A stretch of 64,000 bases of DNA, from the IMG/VR virus record IMGVR_UViG_3300001765_000054, positions 1-64,000 of that record; one strand, written 5' to 3'. Shown piece by piece: positions 57,278 to 64,000 of this stretch. The translations under genes were made by a program, and so were the position numbers. Source of the DNA: an uncultured virus (IMG/VR IMGVR_UViG_3300001765_000054) (lineage: Duplodnaviria > Heunggongvirae > Uroviricota > Caudoviricetes). Position 1 is the stretch's first letter. Each line of letters begins with the position of its first letter. The notes under the pieces are model-generated. The model made no database searches and was not told the DNA's origin. It saw nothing but the letters and a program-made list of their open reading frames with translations.

Positions 57278-57931
57278 ATGACCGCCCGAATGAAAAATCC
57301 GTCGCCAATGGCGCTAAAGAAGCGCGACCTCGCCCCCACCCCGCCTACCCGAGAGAATAAAAAGCGCGGCGCACAAGCCGTACCTGCTATAGCCGAAGCC
57401 CGCAAGTACATCGACACCAGCACCAACGCGGGAGCTGCCTCGATCAGCCCGGATAAGCCTCTCACCGAGAAGCAGAAACAGTTTGTGAAGTTCTGGGCAC
57501 AAGGTGAGTCGATCCAGACCGCTTCGCTCAGAGCGGGGTACAACGATGGAGCATCGATTGCCTACCGCATGACTATGATGCCCAACATCCTCAAGCTCAA
57601 AGCTCAGTACGAAGCGGAATGGATTGAAGAGAACCAGATGACGCGCAAGCGGGTGATGGACGGGATGCTTGAAGCTATCGAGATGGCCAAGCTGATGAGC
57701 GAACCCGCGACGATGGTTGCTGGGTGGCGTGAAGTGGGCAAACTCTGCGGTTACTACGCACCCGTCGAGTCCCGTGTGAGGGTCGATGTGACCGGCAACG
57801 TGGTCATTGACAAGATGAACAGCATGACCGACGCCGAGCTGCTGAAGATCATCACAACAGGCACCACCAGAGCACTTGAGTATGTCGAAGACATCACCAA
57901 CGAAGCCGACCAAGGCACCGACGCCGGCTGA
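57278..57931 (+). CDS. terS: Terminase small subunit
   Basis: LTEKQKQFV......ASLRAGY; directly upstream of terL. Confidence 0.85.
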   Translation: MTARMKNPSPMALKKRDLAPTPPTRENKKRGAQAVPAIAEARKYIDTSTNAGAASISPDKPLTEKQKQFVKFWAQGESIQTASLRAGYNDGASIAYRMTMMPNILKLKAQYEAEWIEENQMTRKRVMDGMLEAIEMAKLMSEPATMVAGWREVGKLCGYYAPVESRVRVDVTGNVVIDKMNSMTDAELLKIITTGTTRALEYVEDITNEADQGTDAG

Positions 57932-59447
57932 AGTCGAGCTGGCCAGCCGGCTGCTCGCCCGCCGTCGCCTCCTGCCCTTCGTGCAGAGGATCAACCCGCT
58001 CTATGAAGCAGGGTGGGTCCACCAGGACATCTGTCGGCGACTGGAGAAGTTCAGTCAGGACGTGGCCGACAAGAAGAGCCCGAGGCTGATGCTGCTGATG
58101 CCTCCCCGAAGCGGAAAGTCAGAGCTCGGCAGCCGGATGTTTCCGGCCTGGCACCTGGGCCGCTTCCCGGATCATGAGGTGATCGCCTGCTCATATAACG
58201 TGGGCCTGGCCATGTCTTTCAGTCGGAAGGTCAAGGAGGTGATCAACGACCCGGCCTATACGCCGGTGTTTGAAACCCGGCTGAACCCAGACTTCCAGGG
58301 CGCTGAGGAATGGGGTATCCAGGGCCGTAAAGGTGGGTACGTGGCTGCCGGCGTTGGGGGTGGGATAAATGGCAAGGGCGCACATGTGCTGACAATCGAC
58401 GATCCAATTAAGAATGCCGAAGAAGCGGACAGCGCTGATCTGCGCGAGAAGATCAAGGAGTGGTACGACTCGACGGCCTATACCCGGCTCGCACCTGGGG
58501 GTGGTGTACTGGTGGTGCAGACTTTTTGGCACGACGACGACCTCGCGGGTCGGCTCCAGGTGGCCATGGCTTCTGACCCTCTGGCTGATCAGTTTGTGGT
58601 CGTTAAGTACCCGGCCATTGCGGAGTTCGACGAGTATCTGGACTTCGACACTGACCTGATAGTTGACTCCCCGCCTGTCAACGGAGTCCTAAAGCGCCTC
58701 AAAGGCGAGGCCCTTCACCCAGCGCGTTTTGATTTGGCCAAGCTCACCCAGATCAAGCGCACGATCAGCCCACGGTTCTGGTCAGCTCTCTACCAGCAGA
58801 ACCCGGTGCCCGACGACGGTGCCTACTTCCTCAAGGAGCACTTCAGGCGTGCCCCGCCCCCGCACCCGGCCCGATCGAACATTTTCATCGCCTGGGACTT
58901 CGCCATCAGTGAAAAGAAGCAGAACGACTACACCGTGGGCACGGTTTTGATGCAGGATGAGGACGATGTGCTGCACGTGGCCGATCAGGTGAGGTTTAAG
59001 TCAGGAGACGCGATGTTCATTTGCGACGCCATCTTAAATCTAAGTAAGAAGTGGGATAATGGAGGGGTGGTGGTCGGGTTTGAAGATGGCCAGATATACC
59101 GCGCAGTCGAACAACTCCTGAAGAAACGCATGAAAGAACGCAAGCAGTACCTCTCGGTCCAAGCGCTTAAGGCGATTACTGACAAATTAGCCCGTGCCAG
59201 ACCCCTCCAGGGCCGGATGCAGCAGGGGATGGTCAGTTTTACGGATAAGTGCGACTGGTACGACGGCTGCAGGACGGAAATGCTGCGCTTTCCCGCCGGA
59301 GCGCATGACGATATGGTCGATAGCCTGGCGCACGCGGTAAATATGGCCGTCGGGCGCCAACCGCCGAGAAAAATCAAACACAAGGAACCCGATTCATGGC
59401 TGAAACGACTCACCAGCAGCCCAAACGGCTCGTTCATGGCGGCATAA
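57876..59447 (+). CDS. terL: Terminase large subunit
   Basis: MPPRSGKS, IDDP.K, LYQQNP, AWDFA, FP.G.HDD.VDS. Confidence 0.95.
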   Translation: MSMSKTSPTKPTKAPTPAEVELASRLLARRRLLPFVQRINPLYEAGWVHQDICRRLEKFSQDVADKKSPRLMLLMPPRSGKSELGSRMFPAWHLGRFPDHEVIACSYNVGLAMSFSRKVKEVINDPAYTPVFETRLNPDFQGAEEWGIQGRKGGYVAAGVGGGINGKGAHVLTIDDPIKNAEEADSADLREKIKEWYDSTAYTRLAPGGGVLVVQTFWHDDDLAGRLQVAMASDPLADQFVVVKYPAIAEFDEYLDFDTDLIVDSPPVNGVLKRLKGEALHPARFDLAKLTQIKRTISPRFWSALYQQNPVPDDGAYFLKEHFRRAPPPHPARSNIFIAWDFAISEKKQNDYTVGTVLMQDEDDVLHVADQVRFKSGDAMFICDAILNLSKKWDNGGVVVGFEDGQIYRAVEQLLKKRMKERKQYLSVQALKAITDKLARARPLQGRMQQGMVSFTDKCDWYDGCRTEMLRFPAGAHDDMVDSLAHAVNMAVGRQPPRKIKHKEPDSWLKRLTSSPNGSFMAA

Positions 59448-59451
59448 CTTC

Positions 59452-59805
59452 ATGAGCTGCCCCCACTTCATCGCCAGCTCCCTCGCCCTGCGCACGGCGA
59501 CCCACCTGGCACACCTCAGCACGAAGTCCTACGCGCAGCACATGGCTCTTGGCGACTTCTACAGCGGCCTTGAGGGCCTCATCGACAAGTACGCCGAGGT
59601 CTACATGGGCCTTGAGAGCCAGATCACGTCGTTCCCCACTGTCAAGCTGCCCTCTGGCACCCCGGTTGCCCTCCTGGAGGAGTACCTGGACGCCATCAGT
59701 GCTGAGGTCGAGGAAGACCACGGCTCTGAAGCCCTGAAGAACATCCTGGCTGGGCTCGAAGAGCTGACGGCTCAGACCCTGTACAAGCTCCGAAACCTTA
59801 AGTAG
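59452..59805 (+). CDS. Ferritin/Dps-like protein (DUF5856-like)
   Basis: H..HL.T.SYA.H.AL..FY..L...D..AE...G and Y.L..L terminus. Confidence 0.7.
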   Translation: MSCPHFIASSLALRTATHLAHLSTKSYAQHMALGDFYSGLEGLIDKYAEVYMGLESQITSFPTVKLPSGTPVALLEEYLDAISAEVEEDHGSEALKNILAGLEELTAQTLYKLRNLK

Positions 59806-59813
59806 GCCGCACC

Positions 59814-62021
59814 ATGCCCATAGATTCAGAGCTCAGCTTCAAAACATGGTCCCGTTACGCGAGGGTCCGTGATGACGGTCACAGCAAGTACGTCCTCAAG
59901 GCTGACAAGTGCGAGCGCTTCTTCAGCGGCGACCAGTGGGACCCAGCAGATCGCGCTGTGCTCGAAGCCACCCGCCGACCGGTGTTGACGATCAACAAGA
60001 TACTCAGCACTCTGTCCAACGTGATGGGCGAGCAGATCAACAACCGGGCAGAGATCAGCTTCAGGCCGAAGTCCGGCGCACCTGCCGAGACTGCTGACAT
60101 CCTCAACAAGGTGTTCCGCCAGATCAGCGACAACAATCAGCTCCCCTGGAAGCGCAGCGATATGTTTGCTGACGGCATCATCAGTTCGCGTGGCTATCTT
60201 GACATCCGCCTCGACATGAGCGACAGCTCGCAGGGCGAGGTGCGCATCGAGAACGTCAACAGGAAGAACGTGCTGATCGACCCCGACGCCGACGAGTACG
60301 ACCCAGACAAGTGGTCAGAGGTGTTCGTGACGAAGTGGGTCACCGCAGATGATATTGCTGTGCTGTACGGCAAGGCCGACGCGGAGCTGCTGAGGAACCG
60401 TGACAACGGCAGCTTCCCCTACGGTTACGACAGCGTCCAGATGAACCGCGACCGGTTCGGGGAATCCCGCACCGCTCAGTACAACACTGGGTTTGACCAG
60501 ACGAATGTGATCAGGAACATCCGGGTGCTGGACCGTCAGTTCCGGGAGCTCGACAAGCAGAAGTTTTTCCTTGATCCACGTACCGGCGACCAGCGCGCCG
60601 TGCCCGAAGATTTCGACCGGGACAAGATCGCATACTTCACTGAGAACTACGGGTTCCAGGTCATCAGCAAGCTGGTGCGCAGGATCAAGTGGGTGGTGGT
60701 CGCCGACAACGTCGTGCTCCACAACGACTGGTCTCCTTACAAGCACTTCACGATCGTGCCGTACTTTCCGTACTTCAGGTACGGTCACACCATGGGGCTG
60801 GTCGAGAACCTGCTCGGCCCCCAGGAGCTGCTCAACAAGGTCACCAGCCAGGAGCTGCACGTGGTCAACACCACGGCGAACTCAGGCTACATCGTCAAGA
60901 ACGGTTCCCTGAGCAACATGACTCCGGAGGAGCTCGAAGAGAAGGGCGCCCAGACCGGGCTCGTCATCGAGGTAAATGACAATGTCGCCGACGCCATTAC
61001 GAAGATCAGCCCAAATCAAGTCCCACAGGGCCTGGACCGCATCAGCTACAAAGCTGAAGAAAGTATCAAGACTATCTCCGGCGTATCGGATTCGATGCAA
61101 GGAATGGACCGCGCCGATGTGGCTGCTAAGGCTATACAAGCCAAGCGCCAGGCAGGCAGCACGAATCTCGTTAAGCCGCTCGACAACCTGACCCGTACCG
61201 ACTACATCATCGCCCGCAACGTGCTCGACCTCGTCCAGGAGTTCTACACTGAAGAGAGGCTGATGACGATCACCCACGACCACGCCACCGGTGAGGCTGA
61301 GACGTTCGCAGTCAACCAGCCGAACCCTGAGCAGGAGACCGGCGAGGAGCCACCAGAATCCCCGTACCAGGAGATCATCAACGATCTGACCCTGGGCGAG
61401 TACGACGTGGTGGTCACATCTGTGCCGCAGCGCGAGACCCTTGAGGACAGCCAGTTTGAACAGATCATGGCCATGAAGGAGGCGGGCATCCAGATACCAG
61501 ACTCCGTGGTTATCGACGCCTCCAGACTCATGAACAAAAAGGACATCATCAAGCAGATGCAGGGTGACCAGACCAGCCCCGAGGCCCAGGCCCAGAAGGA
61601 GCTCCAGCAGCGCGCCCAGAACGCAGAGGTCAGCAAGCTCGAAGGCGAGGCAGCCTCGAAGCACGCAGACGCCGGGCTCAAGCAGGCGAAGACCCAAGAG
61701 ACCCTGAACCCCGAGACCGGCGACGGTAGCGCCCAGGCGAAGATGGCAGAGGTTCAGGTGAAGGCCCAGACCGCTGAGCACAAGATGGGGCTCGATGAGC
61801 GCCTGGCCCAGCAGAAGATGTCCCTGGCCGAGCGCGAGCACCAGCTCGAACGTGAGAAGCTCGATGCTGAGCTTCAGATCAAACAGCAGGACATGGCGCA
61901 GAAGCGCATGGACGCCCGCGTCCAGGCAGCGCAACAGGCCGCACAGGCCGCAGCAAAACCCCCGAGCAACGACAAATCACAGGTCGCGAATCGTTCGCGG
62001 CTCCCAACATCGAAGCTCTAA
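59814..62021 (+). CDS. Portal protein (P22-like)
   Basis: F..GDQW...RP.LTINKI; L..PQ...NK; long C-terminal coiled coil. Confidence 0.9.
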   Translation: MPIDSELSFKTWSRYARVRDDGHSKYVLKADKCERFFSGDQWDPADRAVLEATRRPVLTINKILSTLSNVMGEQINNRAEISFRPKSGAPAETADILNKVFRQISDNNQLPWKRSDMFADGIISSRGYLDIRLDMSDSSQGEVRIENVNRKNVLIDPDADEYDPDKWSEVFVTKWVTADDIAVLYGKADAELLRNRDNGSFPYGYDSVQMNRDRFGESRTAQYNTGFDQTNVIRNIRVLDRQFRELDKQKFFLDPRTGDQRAVPEDFDRDKIAYFTENYGFQVISKLVRRIKWVVVADNVVLHNDWSPYKHFTIVPYFPYFRYGHTMGLVENLLGPQELLNKVTSQELHVVNTTANSGYIVKNGSLSNMTPEELEEKGAQTGLVIEVNDNVADAITKISPNQVPQGLDRISYKAEESIKTISGVSDSMQGMDRADVAAKAIQAKRQAGSTNLVKPLDNLTRTDYIIARNVLDLVQEFYTEERLMTITHDHATGEAETFAVNQPNPEQETGEEPPESPYQEIINDLTLGEYDVVVTSVPQRETLEDSQFEQIMAMKEAGIQIPDSVVIDASRLMNKKDIIKQMQGDQTSPEAQAQKELQQRAQNAEVSKLEGEAASKHADAGLKQAKTQETLNPETGDGSAQAKMAEVQVKAQTAEHKMGLDERLAQQKMSLAEREHQLEREKLDAELQIKQQDMAQKRMDARVQAAQQAAQAAAKPPSNDKSQVANRSRLPTSKL

Positions 62022-62036
62022 TTTAGAAAGCACTAC

Positions 62037-63002
62037 ATGAACCTCAAACACTTCCGCCTCTACGCCCCCGAGCCCGACACTGCAGGCTCTGGCCCTACCC
62101 CAGAAGAACGGGGTGACCTGCTCGAAGACGACGCCCTTGCCCAGGCAGCGCAAACAGGCATGGACTCCTTAGTGTCGACGAACATCAAAGACGACCCTGC
62201 CGTCAAAGCGCTCGAAGACGATCTAACATCTAAAGAAGATTCTCCAAAGAAGGACAGCCGCATCCCGCTGGCCCGGCACAAAGAAATTCTGGAGAAAGAG
62301 CGTGAGCAGCGTGCCAGCCTCGAACGCCAGCTCGCCCAGTACCAGAAGGGCAACGAGCTGGCTGACATGAACGCCGAGCTCACCGCTGCCGAGAACAACA
62401 TCATGAAGCTGGAGAAGGAGTACGCCTCCCTCCTGACCGATGGCGAGATCGACAAGGCCACCGCGCTGATGGCGCAGATCAGGAAGACCGAGCGCGAGAT
62501 GGCTGAAGCGAAGAGCGACATGAAGATTCATGCTGCCGAAGTCCGGGCCACTGAGCGCGCACGCTACAACACCGCCATCGAGCGCGTCGAGGCAGCATTC
62601 CCCGAACTCAACCCCGACAGCGACGAGTACAACGAGACGTCTGCAGCCGAGGTGCTCGACCTGCTCGAAGCATACAAGAGCCGGGGCATGACCCCCACCG
62701 CTGCGCTCCAGAAGGCGGTCAAGATGATCGTCGAGCCCCGCACTGCACGTCAAGAGAACGCCGTCACCGCTACCCCACGCGTGAGCGACAAAGACGTGGC
62801 TGCCGAGCGCAAGCAGGACGCCATCGCGAAGACGCTGAAGGCTACGTCGAAAACCCCAGCCTCTCTAGGGCGTGCTGGCGTCAACAGTGACCGGCTTGGC
62901 GGCGGAGAGCTCGACGCTCGCGCCGTCATGAACATGAGTCAGAAAGAATTCGCAGCCCTGAGCGACGCTCAGATCAAGAAGATGCGCGGCGACGAGCTGT
63001 AA
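62037..63002 (+). CDS. Capsid scaffolding protein
   Basis: After portal; RIP..R..E, coiled coil, MS..EF..L C-terminus. Confidence 0.75.
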   Translation: MNLKHFRLYAPEPDTAGSGPTPEERGDLLEDDALAQAAQTGMDSLVSTNIKDDPAVKALEDDLTSKEDSPKKDSRIPLARHKEILEKEREQRASLERQLAQYQKGNELADMNAELTAAENNIMKLEKEYASLLTDGEIDKATALMAQIRKTEREMAEAKSDMKIHAAEVRATERARYNTAIERVEAAFPELNPDSDEYNETSAAEVLDLLEAYKSRGMTPTAALQKAVKMIVEPRTARQENAVTATPRVSDKDVAAERKQDAIAKTLKATSKTPASLGRAGVNSDRLGGGELDARAVMNMSQKEFAALSDAQIKKMRGDEL

Positions 63003-63058
63003 CCTCACACCTACCAGCGGTCAACTGCCCGGCGTAACTGAAAACTGAAAGACACCCA

Positions 63059-63514
63059 ATGACCGATACCCCCCTGCGCCGCTACGTTGACACCCCTGAA
63101 GGTCTAAGACGTGCCACCGACAAACTGTTGCCCCACCCACACGATGCTACTGAAGCGTGTCCCGGTGGCTGTGAGGATATTCTGGTTATGGAAGACGCAG
63201 TATGCAAATCCCGTGCTGAAGTCAAAGCACTGGATGACAGTGTTAAAAAAAGCCAAGAAAAAGTAGAGTACAACATCGAGCATCAGATCGACGCTAACTT
63301 TGTCCGCCTTGGTCGTGTTGAGGAACTACTTGCTATTAACAGCGCAAAGATCGACACCAACAGCCGTGAAACCAGCGAGATTCTTTCGCTGATGCGCGAG
63401 GGTGAGGCATTCTTCAAATTCAGCAAAAAAATTGGTGACGTGCTCAAGTGGACGCTGGGTCTTGCCTCAGCCGTTGCAGTATTTTGGGCATCAGTGAAAG
63501 GATGGAAACTATGA
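63059..63514 (+). CDS. Membrane-anchored hypothetical protein (lysis region)
   Basis: Coiled coil plus C-terminal TM segment. Confidence 0.6.
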   Translation: MTDTPLRRYVDTPEGLRRATDKLLPHPHDATEACPGGCEDILVMEDAVCKSRAEVKALDDSVKKSQEKVEYNIEHQIDANFVRLGRVEELLAINSAKIDTNSRETSEILSLMREGEAFFKFSKKIGDVLKWTLGLASAVAVFWASVKGWKL

Positions 63515-63717
63515 CCTTGATCGACAACGCAGGCCAAATCCTGCGTAAAGCATGGAGCGTCAAGATGGCTTTGCTTACTACGCTTTTTGCAACGCTTGAA
63601 GTGTTGCTGCCAGCGCTCAATACCGCTATCCCTCCGGGTACTATGGCCGGGCTTGCGGCATTTACAAGTGTTGGTACAGCCGTGGTTCGTGTGCTCAAAC
63701 AAAATGGGATTGAGTGA
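63511..63717 (+). CDS. Putative holin
   Basis: M.LIDN......AWSV...R...Q, two TM segments, upstream of endolysin. Confidence 0.7.
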   Translation: MTLIDNAGQILRKAWSVKMALLTTLFATLEVLLPALNTAIPPGTMAGLAAFTSVGTAVVRVLKQNGIE

Positions 63718-63799
63718 AAAATGAGCGGGATAGAAGCACTAATTCTTTTCTGCGTTTGTTTGATGGCTATTGCTATTTGGCTTTGGGTGTGGAATTCTC

Positions 63800-64000
63800 A
63801 TGAATAACAAACAACGTATCGCAGTCACAGCACTGGTTTTGAGTGCAGGCGCATTTGTCAAGCTGTTGGTAAGCGAAGGCTACACAGATCACGCTGTTAT
63901 CCCAACTAAAGGCGACAGGCCAACAATTGATTTTGGTATGACGCAACGCCCCGATGGTTCACCCGTTCGTTTGGGAGATACCTCAAATCCAGTGCAGGGG
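63800..64000 (+). CDS. SAR endolysin (GH24 lysozyme), 3'-partial
   Basis: MNNKQRIAVTALVLSAGAFVKLLVSEGY....IPTKGDRPTI.FG. Confidence 0.8.
   Translation, partial: MNNKQRIAVTALVLSAGAFVKLLVSEGYTDHAVIPTKGDRPTIDFGMTQRPDGSPVRLGDTSNPVQG

Noticed and set aside
1..64000. DGR, retron, tRNA, integrase, protelomerase, CI repressor
   Set aside because: No reverse transcriptase, recombinase, repressor or tRNA signature recognised by eye; absence not computationally verified

Overview
The window is most of a circularly permuted tailed dsDNA phage genome with podovirus-like organisation, probably from a beta- or gammaproteobacterial host (CTGT-N8-ACAG-type SOS boxes). The + strand late block (57.3-64 kb, continuing 1-23.8 kb) carries terS, terL, portal, scaffold, lysis genes, major capsid, adaptor and tail proteins, and a 2722-aa ejection-type protein. 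The - strand block (57.0 down to 24.2 kb) carries small early genes, primase-helicase, an AAA/VWA module, PD-(D/E)xK exonuclease, dUTPase, SNF2 helicase, family A DNA polymerase, ligase and ThyX. Most striking observations: (1) four inteins, two of which hold a nested +1-frame gene with its own Shine-Dalgarno (an intact HNH endonuclease in the helicase intein, a core-deleted remnant in the polymerase intein); (2) a plasmid-type ParA/ParG/Rep cassette with iterons and DnaA boxes, and no integrase or CI seen in the window; (3) a long inverted repeat pair bracketing the ~29.5 kb replication block, each copy with a LexA-type box about 90 bp inside, suggesting an SOS-switched phage-plasmid; (4) three covarying fixed-geometry hairpins ahead of the earliest genes; (5) a dispersed TCTAAnTTAGA motif. 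All product calls come from motif recognition by eye; no database searches were run.
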